A program made the position numbers and the translations under genes. A stretch of DNA of 64,000 nt, taken from assembly GCF_009914755.1 (NCBI RefSeq), contig NC_060940.1. One strand, written 5' to 3'. The notes beneath the pieces are model-generated. The model was not told the DNA's origin. It saw nothing but the letters and a program-made list of their open reading frames with translations, and did no database searches. Below, in pieces: positions 51,601 to 64,000 of this stretch (the stretch's first letter is position 1; every line of letters begins with the position of its first letter). This stretch comes from the human T2T-CHM13v2.0 reference genome, Homo sapiens.

Positions 51601-51800
51601 GGTCTGGGCGCGGGGCTCGGAGGGAGTCGGCGGTGTTCGGAGCCGAGTCGGTGCTCCGGCGGAGAGAGCCGAGCCGCTTCGGAGGGGGTCGAAAGCATTC
51701 GGAAATACTCGGGGGAGGGGAGTGCGCAGGAGGGGAAGGAGGAGGGGGAGAGGCCAGAGTCTGCAAATTAACTTTGCATCCGCCAAAGCAACTGCTTTTC
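50700..51800. promoter_or_regulatory. Second (intronic) CpG island; probable antisense or alternative promoter
   Basis: CpG-rich segment separate from the main island, densest at 51460-51730. Confidence 0.8.
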
Positions 51801-54089
51801 CTGAACATGCCCCATAAATTAGGTTGATTTAATGAGAAGTTTAAAAATATATACTGAATCCCCCAAAGGGGTGCCTCGCCTTTTTTTATTCAAAGAGAGC
51901 TGAGCTCTCTGAGGAAATAGGTGTGCCACTTTAGGATGAAAATTCCTAATTATGTACTGGGCAGGAAATCTTAAATGAAGGCTGGATGTAGACTTCCCCA
52001 GGAAAGTCCTCTGTGTCTTGTATTTGGTTACACCGAGGAGGGGGGAAAATGAAGTGAGTGATGTTTGAGATTGTTAAATCAGAAATCAGAGCATTTCTTC
52101 TCTTTCCCTTTACTTCTCCTTTTTTTTTTTTTTTTTTTCCAACCTTACAGGACACCTTTTTCAAGAAAAATGTCAGGAAAACAGATTTTGTAGGTAAAAC
52201 AATTTTTTTTTTAAAGCACAATACACCAACTCTCTTTAGGAAGTAGGGTAGGTCTGTTCAAAAGGTCCATCACAAAAGTTTCTGGTTCCTGGTTTGCCAC
52301 AAGGGACCCTGGCGTCCTGTCCTCCTGAAGCATTCATGAATGGCAGTTTTCCCTGTGAGCCTTCCAGCTTGGCTTGAAATACATCAGATCAGGGCCTTGT
52401 GCCAAGCTGAATGCAGGACTTGTTTTGTTAACCACAAAATGTGGGATTGGTGTCACTGTATCCTAGTAACAAATTTTTTTGAGTCCTCCCTTGCAGAGAT
52501 GGTTTTTGAGATGGCCACTTGACTGAGAGTCACTTTGAGTCAGGAGAATTCTACTGTGGATGGGGCCAGGCCCGAAAATCTAGGTGGCATTTATAGAAAG
52601 CAGTTTCCAACTTCCTTGTGCAATACAATTGGTGACCAACCTATCAGGCCATATGTACAGGTTAATTAGGAAGCTGTGTTGTTTCACCTGGACAGATGAA
52701 ATTCAGCAGAAAGCCCTCTTTAGGTTACACCCTGTGATAACCCAGTGATTTCCTAATGGGGGGCTGCAGTCTAATAGCTCAGCACATTGGATTGAGAGGA
52801 AGAATGTGGATATTCAGACATCACTGAATAAAACTCCTTTTATTTAGCATTTCCAGAAGAGCAAAGAGTCATTCCATTGAGCCTGTGTTCTCATCCTTGT
52901 TGTGGTGTGCTAATTTGAAGAAACTGGCTTCCATATATTTCCATAGTAACTGAAGTGAAATAATAAAGGACCGGCTGGCAATTGCTGTTTAGAACAAAGG
53001 GTTAACATCTTCATCAGCCTAGGAACATTGCAGAGATACTGACATAAAGTTCTTCTGCTTGATAAGTGTTGTAAGGGGAAACGTGCATCTGCTTAAGAGA
53101 TACCAGTTTAGAGTGTCATTTGAAAAGCCTGATTCTCAGTACTTATATTAAAATTTTTATTTGAACATAGTGTTTTGGGTTCCCCCCCCCTTGTGTGTGT
53201 GATTGTGAATTCGTGTGAGGGAGCTCTGTGTCAGACAATCCAAAATATTTCAGTACTGAGAAATAAACAGTGATAATTGAGACAGCACAAATATAATTTT
53301 ATACATACCATGTGTGAGTAATCAGTGACTCTTTTTTTGCATGGCATTTTAAATAATTTTGCTTGTTAGGGGGTTGTGACCTCACCTGTGATACAGCCTC
53401 ATCATTTTGTAGTCAGTCAATAAGACTCTGAGTTATTCAGACTAATCAGAAAATTTTTAAAGAATTGTCAATTTTATTTAATTGCCAAACCCTTACAAAG
53501 AAATCCCATAACAAGTTGTAATTTTATGAGGTGTAGAATTGACAGAATATCACTTTAAGTGACTTCCCAGTTCTGAACAAATAGTGACACCCACTTGGAC
53601 CATGTACCTGGTGAAAATGTAAAATGGACTGCGGAATTGCTCTGGGAGCCACAGTTTGCCCTCATTCGAGGTGCTGAATTTTCTGTAATGTTGAGTTCAG
53701 GCTATCTGTCTCTGGAGCATTAAGTGGAATTTTTAGAAAGGGAGTTCGAAGGTGGCCATGAGGCATTGCATGCTAGCTGGTAGTCTTTACCGAAATGGGC
53801 ACAATAAAATCGAGCACTTTGGTTGTGCGTCCATTCCCACAGTACCTGCTTAGTGCCATTTTAAAACAAATTTAAGAATTTGCCTGATGAAGATGTCATT
53901 GCTCATACAAATATTCCAGCCTGACAAGTGGGATGTGATTCAGAGAACAGACCCTACCCTGTCAGGAAAGGCTGTCTTAAAAGGTCACCTGTCACCAAAA
54001 AGCTGATGGCTTTTTCCTCCCAGCTGACCCTGACTTTGTAATTAGGGTATCTACTGTTTGGTATGGGTTCAGGGCAAGCTTGCAGTCTT

Positions 54090-54122
54090 CACTTGATCTT
54101 AGCCAAAAGGCTGAGAAGCAGT
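54090..54122 (-). pseudogene. 3'-truncated (tailless) U2 snRNA retropseudogene, nt 1-33
   Basis: Minus strand ACTGCTTCTCAGCCTTTTGGCTAAGATCAAGTG vs U2 ATCGCTTCTCGGCCTTTTGGCTAAGATCAAGTG (30/33); 15-bp TSD CAAGCTTGCA(G/T)TCTT at 54075-54089 and 54123-54137. Confidence 0.93.
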
Positions 54123-55491
54123 CAAGCTTGCATTCTTTCAGCACAATGCTCTTCAGCACCTACTAAATGACAGGCATTAATGGAGGTGAATAGCAACCTA
54201 CAGCCATTACTCCATGAAAGTGCGTCCGTCTAAAAGGACATTTCCCACACTGGCCCCCAGGGTCGCACGTTGGGTTAGTATTCTACTGAGAGCCACTCTT
54301 CTAGATTTGTAGACTTGTTATTTCTGCAGTCATCTCAATGGCTGCTTTGCCTCCCTCCCTTCGTCCCTCTCTATGTTTATTCAAATGGATGCACCTTGCT
54401 CTCTGGAGACAGCAAGAGTGCGAACGGAATGTCAGATCAAGTAGCAGATGAGTTCTCTTTTCCTGATGGATGGTGCTCTCTCCCTCCTTACTGTGCACTG
54501 AGCTGTAAATACCAGCAGACCTTCCTGCCAGAAGAGTGGCAAATAGTCCACCCGATCTCCTCAGGAGTCAGCTGTGGAATTCTTGAGCCTGGGTTACCTA
54601 TTGGATTCTAAAGTAGAACCTATATGCTTGTTGAAAAGGGTTGTTGCCAGTTAGATTAAATGGGTGAAGCTTCATGAGAACCAACATGGCTGGAAAAGAA
54701 TGCAGAACGTCTGTTCTATGTGTGAACAGGGCTGGATTAGATTTACGATGCTCAGAGTGGGAGTGTGTCTTGTTTCTTTTAACACATGGAACTCGCAGAT
54801 TATTTTGTGCTTCTTCACATGCCACATCTGCTAAAGATAGGACAAGATCACTCATGTTTTTCAGCTGCTCACAATACCCTATCTCCGTTAACACTGGAGA
54901 TTTAATATGAGTAGAATGAGGCCCTATTTTTCCGATATGTGCTCAGCCCATCTGGATACTGGGACTTGACTCCCTGTCTCCTAGGGTGTTTTCATTCTCA
55001 TTTCTTATGGAGCCAGACAGGCCATTATCACCAGAATACATCTTGATCTGAAAGACAACAGAAAAGCTGGTGAAGGGGTGATTCCAAACTGAAAAAAACA
55101 AAACAAAACAAAAAAAACCACATTTTGGAAAGAGTTACCCTCAGAATTGACACTAATAGAGAAAACTTTTGATTCTGAAAAAAGAAAGTGTGCCTGTTTG
55201 TACATACCCACAGAGTGTGGGTTTACAAATGGCAGATGTTGAGAAGAGCACTCACCTCACTTTCTTACTGATTGCATCATCTTAAAAAGCTTGAAGATGC
55301 TCAAATGAACTCCATCCTAAGAATTTCTTCAAATCTGTGTCACATTCTTATTTTCTTCCATCCCTCTCATTCACACACAGCATTGGTAGAAAGGAAGCTG
55401 TCCAACAGATCTGTGATTAGCACTGAGGGGAAGGAGAGGAGAGAGCAGTGGCTTGTTAACTGGTTCAGATAAATAGGTAGTTTCTTGTGTT

Positions 55492-55790
55492 TAGAGAAGC
55501 AGTTTAGCATGCTTCTCTAAAATTGAGAGTTGGTTAAGAGCATAGACTCTGCAAACAGGCTGCCTGGCTTCAAATCTTGGCTCTACTGCTAACTAAATAT
55601 GTGACCTTACACAAGGCCCATAACATTTGGTGCCTCAGTTTCCTTACCTGTAAAATGGGACTGATAATGAAAATAACTACTAATAGGATTGTGGAGAGCA
55701 TGAAATGAGTTAACATATGAAATGTGCTTTGAGTAGTGTCTAGAATGTAGAAATCATTATACAAATGTTAGCTCTAGTTTTTATTCCTTT
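55492..55790 (+). mobile_element. MIR
   Basis: Core GTGCCTCAGTTTCCTTACCTGTAAAATGGG. Confidence 0.85.
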
Positions 55791-58029
55791 GATTAGTGGG
55801 TGTTCCCTTCCCATGTGGAGTTCTCTTGTCAAGTAAGTATGTGGGACTTAGCCACCCTGAGAAGCAGAAGGGGGGTGCTGTGGTTCATGTTCATGGCTTC
55901 TTCCCCTTGCCTGCTCTGCAGCACCAGTTATATAACAAACTGTGTTGTCATAACTGATGTGACATTTTTGATGGCGCAGCTGCTTCAGCCCAAGAGCTGG
56001 GGTGACATTTCAAAGGGTGGGAAAGAGCACTGAACCAGGAGTCCAGGTCAGTAGCTCTGCCTCTGCCCCTCCGAGGGCTCGGTTTCCTGAAAGAGTTGGA
56101 CCAGGGCTACCCCAGGCTCCCTTCCTGTTGTCAACGGTGTATGAAATTGGGAATTCCCTTTGTTTTCAGGGTCTTGATGTTCTCAATATTAAAGCATGAA
56201 TTATGGTTTTATCCCATGGGGGTGTAGGGTATCCATGAAAGTTCTTTTAAGACTAAGTTAATTGCAGAATAGCAACCTCAGCCACAGAGCTTTGTCAGCC
56301 AGGAAATTTGTAGTTCTGAGAGTCAATTTGAGAAAAACACCTCTAACCAAACTTTTCATGCAGACATGGTTCTTAAACCAAAGAGGAGGATCTGAAAGTA
56401 TCTCATTAGTAAGAAACAGGATGTTTCTGGGAGGAGAGAGCCAGTGACATTAGAAGAGAAGTGGTTTTTCCGTGGCTTCCAGGATGCTCAGAAGTGGAGA
56501 CAGCCCTAGCGTTCACCAGAAATGGCTGCATATGAAGAAACTTGCCTGGGTTAAGGTGCCTAAAACCCAGGGAGCAGAGAGATTTGCAGACTAGTAAAAG
56601 GGGAGGCTCAGGAGAACTGTATTTTAATTTTGATTCACTCTCTCATTTAACTTTGGGCAGATCATTTGGCCACCCTGGGCCTCAATTTGTTCATCTGTTA
56701 ATTGGGATGTGGGTTTTCACCATAGAATTTCTCAGGGCTCTTTCGGGTTTCCAGCTCTAAGATGCAGTAAATGCAAAGAGAAACTTAGAAGCCTGAAAGG
56801 CGGTGGGGAATAGTGGGAGTATTTACCACCCACAGCTTTTATCTGCTGAGCCATCTTTAGTTCTAATTTTCTTTACAGAGAAGAGGAAAAACATTGTGCT
56901 TTTCATAGCACCAAAAAATTAAAGTAAAATAAAATCTTGCAAGGCTAATAGTTGGTGCCCTGAATTTGGCCCCTTACTCTCTTGATTTGTCAACCATCCT
57001 AGAAATAAGTAGAATGGAGAAAAGAGAAAGGGAGAATAATACATAAGACTAGGATTTCATAGCTAACAATTTACCTTGGATTCTCTGCCTGTGTCTTAGC
57101 CAACAGATAGGTTTTCTGTAGAATATTGTTACTTATGAGAATAGCTTCTCCATGCTTTAAAATTGATCCTGGGGTCACCTGACCCCAGGGTCTCAGAGCA
57201 CTAATGCATATTGCACATTGTGAATTAATTAGGTGTTTATTTGTCTGTATCCCTTGCTAGCCTGGGTGTCCCTTCCCACCAGGGCTCCCTGAAGCAAGGA
57301 TGTTACTTATTTTTGCTCATAGTACAGCACCATGCCCAATGCCTGGCACAAAGGAGGTCTTAATAAACGTTAGTTAAAGAAAAGGAAGAATACGAGGTAT
57401 ATAAGGAATGAACCTTATTATTCTCCATAAACCAAAATAATCATGTTGAAAGCTTTTGGTGGCCATGGAATGTGTTCATCATTTTCAATCTATTATATTC
57501 ATTTGTTTATCAACCTGTGAGCAAATATAGTCATCAATTCCATTTTACAGATGAGGAAGTGAGGTTCAAAGAAGTAAGGTGGCTTGCTCAAGGCCACACA
57601 GCTTAGTAGGTGACAGTGTTGTATTCAGACAATGATTTGTCTAATTCTAAAACCTGTGTTCTTTTCGTTGTAACTCCACACCTTTCTTACTAGACCACCC
57701 CCAGTATGGGCAGTAGAGACCTGGCAGTCTACGACCTCACACCCAGATGTTGATGGTGCCAGCTGTGGTTGAGGTCAGTGGCTGAGAGAATAGAAAGTGC
57801 CTAATTGGTGCTGAGTTCCTTCTGGAGGTGGTAGTAATGGTCATCATATATCACATTGATTTGGATACCAGAGTATTCCCTAGCAACCATCTGGACAGGC
57901 CTTGAAATGATTTTTCATTACCGCCTCAAAAATGGGGGCCATTTTCAGATTGCAACAGAGAGAAGGCTCTGGCTTTGGTGGAGGCAGGTGTCTTGGAGAA
58001 CTATGGAAAGACAGGATGGTAGGGGATCC

Positions 58030-61000
58030 ATCCATCTGTCCATCCATAAGCATTTATGATTGCCTATTTTGTGGGTAGCATACACACAGTGTCATGGAAG
58101 TAGAGAGGAAGGCCTCAGTCCTTGTCCTGAAGGAACTCATGGTCTGGAGGGAGCTACACAAAAAAGACTCTTGCACTTCAGGTAGGAAGGGCCACAATGT
58201 CTGTATACACAGTGTGCTATGGTAGAACAGAAGGCACCTTCTCTAGGCAGGAAGTTCAGGGAAGACAGCCAAGAGACAATGGCATGTGAACTGAGCCTTT
58301 AAAACAAGTGGTAGTTCACCAGGTCGAAAAAAAGGAATGCCAGGCAGAGGGACTGGCATGTGTAAAGGCATTAAGATGTCACCACATGGAACATGCTAGG
58401 AGTGTAAAATAGTTTGATTTGACTAGAGCAAAATATGTAAGAGGAGTGTTAAGAAATGAGGAATGAAAGATTGGACAGAAACCAGATCATGAAAGGCCTT
58501 ATCTATTGTGCTAAGGACTTTGGATTTTATTCTGAAGATAATGAGATGCCACCTGAGGGTTGGCATTAGATCACCTACGTAGACTGGAGGAGATCAGCTC
58601 TGGAGGTTGGGAGACCAGATGGAAAGTTACTTCTGTGACCCAGTTGGGAAAAAGATTAAGAACTAAGTTAAAGCAGTGGTAGTGTGGGTGGGGAAAGGAA
58701 ACAGATTCAAGAGATATTTGGGCAGTGGAATAATTGAACTTATTTGTTGATCAGTTGGAAGAGCATTGAGGAGGAGATAAATTTTAATGAGTATGGACAA
58801 AAATGAGTCCAGGATTCCTGGTTTGGGCTACTGGTGGATGGTAGTTAAATGCAGGAGGAAGAGAGAAGACTTGGGGAGAAAAGTGATGACTGCATTTGGT
58901 CATGTTGACGATTCTTGTGGATCATCTGAGTGCAGCTCCTGGTAGTGGGTCAGATAGGACACACCTGGGGAGAGGGGTCAATTTGAAATTCTGTGGTGCT
59001 TTTGAGTGGCGAGAGCCATAGAAGTTGGTAACCTTAGTAGGCTGAGTGAGAAGGAGAGAGAAGGCAGGCATGCGTCTCCCATCACACACACATTCCAGCT
59101 CCAGGAAATGAGAATAATTTAGGAAGAGGAACCTGTGAGGGAAACTGAGAAGGGGTGATCTGAGAAATGAAAAAGAAAACCCAAGGCAGAGTAGCATCAT
59201 GAAAGCCAAGGAAGAAAAGACTTTCAAGGGCAGGAAGTGGTTAGTTGAGTCAGATATTTCAGTAGACAAATAAGATGAAGATTGGCAGGTGTCCATGGAG
59301 TCTGGCAAGTTGTTGGTGACCTTGGCAAGAGCAGTTTCAATAGACTGGTGGGAGAAAAGCCAAATTGCAGTGGAGTTAAGAAATGTGTGGGATTGAGGAA
59401 ATCCATGAAGAACCCCCCTCCCAGCCCAAAAGAAATGTGGGCTACAGAAAAAAAGGAGTGAGAGGTAGGGAGGGAGAGAGCCCTCCTGGAAGGGCTTTGC
59501 TTTTATTGTTCATTTCTACATGGGAGTAGCTGGATCCATTGAGAAGTTATCCAGATCCCTGATGAATGGAAAAGTTGAAGGTATAGGAAGGAGGAAGTGG
59601 TAGAAGGAACACAACCCCTTAGGGGATGGGTAGCTTGAGCTTGACATGAACGTGCATCTCCTTCCCTAAGACAGACAGGAGGACAGTAAGGATGGGAAGT
59701 CTGTAGAGAAATTCTAGGGCATAATGATGAGGACAGGAAGTTGAGGGAGCTCCTGCCTTAGCATTTCTTTTCTCTGTGAAGTGAGAAGAATTAAAAAGCA
59801 GCTGTGCTTATTTACTGGAGCACCAAAGGCCAATAACATTTATTCTATTAAAACCACTCATTTATTCATTTATCTAATATTTGTCTCACACCTATTATGC
59901 ATTAGGCACTGTTCTGGGTGCTCGGAGTGTCAGTGATGAACAAATCAAGTCCCAGAGGAACCGGGTAATAACCTCATACACAAACAATCGGACGCAGTAA
60001 TTGCAGACTGAAAGTTTTTTCTGGGGTTACACCTTTAGGGGAGGCCTCGTACTGATCACAGAGGGATCCAATTTCTGCCTTCAGAGAGTTGCACCAGTTG
60101 GAGGAGACAAATTCAATTCTCAAAGGTGCAGAAGAAGCAGTGATGGAATTTAATTTGGACACAGGCTCAGGATTAAGCTGGGAGGGAACTGGGTGGAGAA
60201 GTGAAAGTTGCACAGACACTGTTGTTTTACTCCACCGAGCTTTACTCATCACAGGCTGCTCCAGTGGGGCTGCCAGTCACTGCCCCCTGCTGCTTGAAGA
60301 GAGAAGTAGGTTCATGACTCAGGCCTTGCCATTCACAGCATCTCATTCCTCTGGCCACAGTGATTGGCCCAGGGATGGGCATGTGACTCAAGTGAGGCCA
60401 ATCATCATCCTTCTCTGGAATTTTATAGTCACTATGAGAAAAAAGCTCTTTTCCCTGGGATCCCAGCAAGGTCCTCACTGGGCTGGAATGATGAAAGCTT
60501 GAGCTAGCTGTCTGTGGCCATGTTTCCACATCTCAATTGCCCTCTGCAAGGAGGAAGCGTGCTTATCATGGGAGAGACTGAGGCTTTGGGAGACTGGAGG
60601 ACAAAAGAGAGAATGGAGAGAAGAAACACAAAGAGAGAGGGAGCCAGAAAGACATCTGATGGTGATACTGGTATCTCTGAAGCAGGTTCTATGGAGCTGA
60701 CAGTTATGTGAATCAATAAATCTCTTCTTTTACACAAACTAATTTGAGCTGGGATTCTGTCCCTTATGACCAAGATCACGCTGACGAAAAGCACAAGGCC
60801 TTCCAGGATCTGAACAACTAGTATGAGCTAAAGTACAGAAGTAGGCCTGGAACATTCAGGACACCACCAGGGAGTAGTGGGCAGGCTCATGTGGCTGAAG
60901 AGCTGGGGTTTGTGGGAATGTGAAGAGAAGTGACTGGAAAGGAAGAGTAGGGCTAGATTATAGGGTTCCCTGATAGTTTTTCTAAGGGGTATATAGGGTG

Positions 61001-61790
61001 CCAAGTCAGGAGAGCCTACCAGTAGGAGGCCAGAGATGAGGCTTTAGAGCAAAGAGATTTCTGTAGTCTGACCTAAGGAATTGGTAGGAAAGGCAATGAG
61101 AAGTTGGATGGGGGAGAGATTTTGGAGGCAGGAGAGATGACCCCTGGTGTCTAGTTGAATGAACATGAGAAGGAGAGAGTATATCAGAGAACTCCTCCCC
61201 ATTTTGAACCTGTGAGATGGGATTTAGTTATGCCATCAAGTTAGGAAACACAGGAGCAGGGAAGAGATAGCAGAGAGGATATGGCAGGTGAACCCATAAG
61301 CATGAATTTCAGGTCCTTACAGGGTAACAGGAAATGTTGAGTTGTTTGCTTGGGAGGTAGTTCTGGCATTTAGAAGAGAGATCTGGGCTAGAAGGAAAAG
61401 TGGGCTTAGCTGCCCTTGTGGTCGGGCCATGAGAGTGGATGTGGTGTCCCTGGGGTGAGCATACATATGGCCAGGAGAGGGAGGGCCCAGGGAAGGGGTG
61501 CACCATTGTGGCAGTGAGGAAGGGAACCTTCCTTCAGTAGACCCACAGGTAGCTCCAACTGGCAAAAGGAGCCAGAGAGCAGAGTAGCAGGAGGCAAACC
61601 CAGAGCGCCCTGCCACAGTGGATCCCCAGGAAGGGAATGTGCTTCAGGAATTCTGGGTGGCGAGCAGGGTTCTGTTTCATGGCATTGCCAAGTTAGATAG
61701 TACTGAGGAAAGACCATTGTATTTGAAGCTATTGCGGGCTTTTAAAAGTGCAGTTTCAGTGGAGGGAGAGGGATAAAAGCCAAACTCAAA
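58030..61790 (-). mobile_element. Fragmented L2 elements with an MLT1-type LTR at ~60200-60790
   Basis: Purine-rich antisense L2 pattern; MLT1 motifs GATTGGCCCAGGGATGGGCATGTGAC and AATAAATCTCTTCTTT; boundaries approximate. Confidence 0.65.
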
Positions 61791-63083
61791 AAATTTTTAT
61801 GGTAGAAATAGGTCTGGACTGGGAGTCAAGAACCCAAGTTCTCATCCCAGCTCTGTTCCTGTTTAGCTTGATGGTCCCCAGGCGAGTTCCTTAACTTCCT
61901 TAGGACTTAGTATCCTCACATATAAAATTAGGAAACTGGATCGCGTGATCTATAAGCTTCTACTCAAGTCTTGAGGTCATAATTTATATCTTTCTCTCCA
62001 GCAAAACAGATGTTCTTGTGGCAAAGGAATTCCCCTCCTTCTCCCTTGGCCACCCCCAACTGACATAATAAATTATAAAAAAAATTAAGCTTTCAGAACT
62101 CTAGTGCTAATTGAGAAAGAAAACTGGGACATCAGCTCAGGGAATTGTGGACACCAGTGCATGTTGTGTCCATATGTACTCTCCACTGAGAATGTGGGGC
62201 CCTGCGATGTAGGAATTTGTCTTGTAATACTGTCAGAGTTATGAGACCTGGATGGTTTGACGCTGTTCCACAGGGAGAAGTGCTGAAGGTGGTTCCACAG
62301 TACAAAGACAAAACAACTCCTGGGGTCCCTCTCTGAATTCACGTGGAAAGAAAAAGGAAGGCTGTGAATCTGAGCTGGCTGTGTGCAGGAGCTCCAGCCA
62401 GGGCAGACAACAAGAGCTGGAGGGACCCATGCATTAGGAGATGGACAAGCCTGAGGGCACCAGTGGGCAAGGGCAGGAGAGGCACCCACTCTATCTCCCT
62501 GGTACTCTGTGGCCTCATTGGTGGGAGGACCTTGGGGAAGGGATGGTAGAATGGTGATGTGTGGAGAGCCTAGTTCTGAGCTGTGGCCATTCTTCCTACT
62601 CTTAATTCCCCATGTGCTATGGAAGGCCTGTTTCTTCTTTGAATCCTTTCCTTAGAGTTTCGACCACATGGCCCTTGCTATTCCCTGTCTTCTTTGGTGT
62701 GGGTTTGTTCATTCTGTGAAGGCCATTGGAAGACCAGCCATAGTTTGGCACTTTCTCAGTTTCTAGGAATAGATTCTTTACTAAGATAGACAAGCTCCCT
62801 GCCTCAAGGACCTTACAGTTTTAGAGAAGGAAGATGGTACAGGAATAATTGAAGGCAAAGGTCATTTCATATAGTCATGCGTTCTAAAGGAGGAAACTGG
62901 GATTAAATAATGGAGAGGGATTGGAGGACATGAGGGGTAAAAAAGCAGATCAGGAAAGATCTGAGGAAGAGGGAACAGCAGATCCAAAGGCTGTGGCACA
63001 GACATGAGCAGAAAGAAGGCCAGTGGAGCTCTAGACCACAGGGAGGGAAAAATAGCACACAATGAGGTTAAAGAGGCAGTTAG

Positions 63084-63411
<328 letters not shown>

Positions 63412-63519
63412 TCAAGGAAGGCCTGTTGGCTATGGAAGGACATTTGGGTTTCATTTTGAATGCCGTGGGAGATTGACAACTTGACCTGACTTATACATTA
63501 AAAGATACCTCTGCATCCT

Positions 63520-63760
63520 GGAAAAGGCAAAACCACAGGGATGGAAATTACATCAGTGGTTTCCAGGGAATTGGGTGTGGATGGAGCTTGCAAAGGGGCA
63601 CAAGGGAACTTTTGTGGGTGATGTAAATATTTTCTCTCGTAATTGCGGTGATGGTTACACTACTGTGTATGTTTATCGAAAGTCATCAAACTGTATACCT
63701 AAAAAGGGTGAATTTTACTCTAAGTAAATTATACTTCAATAAACCTGACTTACAAAATGC
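63520..63760 (+). mobile_element. L1ME/MC 3' end fragment
   Basis: AAAGGCAAAACCACAGGG...AAATTATACTTCAATAAACCTGAC. Confidence 0.75.
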
Positions 63761-64000
63761 ATATTTTTTAATCAAAAAAAGAATTGCAGTAAGGCTTAAC
63801 AGAATCCCTCTGGCCGTCCTGTGGAAGGTACATGGCAGGGAGCAAGTCTGGAAACAGGGACGGTTGCACAGTCCAAGCCATACGCCCCTTCAATGCTGTG
63901 CTTACAATTCAGCCTGTATTATTTGCTGATCCCAGTGGCTTCCTTACACCAGCTTATTGATGTGTGTTCCTAGTTTTCCTGTTTACCTAGCTTTTCCTTC

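Noticed and set aside
51574-51712. CRISPR-like array or UUCG-tetraloop RNA interpretation of the TCGG array
   Set aside because: Eukaryotic DNA with a repeat unit of only 4 nt; the single C(UUCG)G has no extended stem.
57878-57887. Isolated RFX half-site CCCTAGCAAC
   Set aside because: No adjacent promoter features; could be a chance match.

Overview
Primate (human-like) genomic DNA covering the 5' end of GNAO1 (G-protein alpha-o). Coding exons 1-2 lie at 49281-49398 and 49619-49661, inside a large CpG-island promoter with a palindromic CRE. About 14 kb of intron 2 follows. The ~48 kb upstream is repeat-rich: a full-length but disabled L1PA3-type LINE with a 16-bp TSD, many Alus, MER57 and THE1 solo LTRs, MER30, MADE1, and old L1M/L2/MIR fragments. 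The main unexpected result is on the minus strand, in the unique sequence between those repeats. There I read a collinear chain of about 20 decayed, splice-site-bounded exons (~46633 down to ~850). Their hand translation gives an N-terminal EF-hand pair followed by WD40 repeats, resembling the WDR64/WDR49(CFAP337)/EFCAB8 ciliary family, with an RFX X-box-like site just upstream of the fossil ATG. This suggests the divergent lncRNA locus head-to-head with GNAO1 is the remains of a lost protein-coding gene. Other notable items: a ~140-bp helically phased TCGG array in the intron-2 CpG island, non-canonical REST/RE1 sites, a tailless U2 retrocopy with TSD, and uORFs plus a GCC/TCC repeat in the GNAO1 5'UTR. 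Family and subfamily assignments come from remembered consensus motifs, not from database searches.
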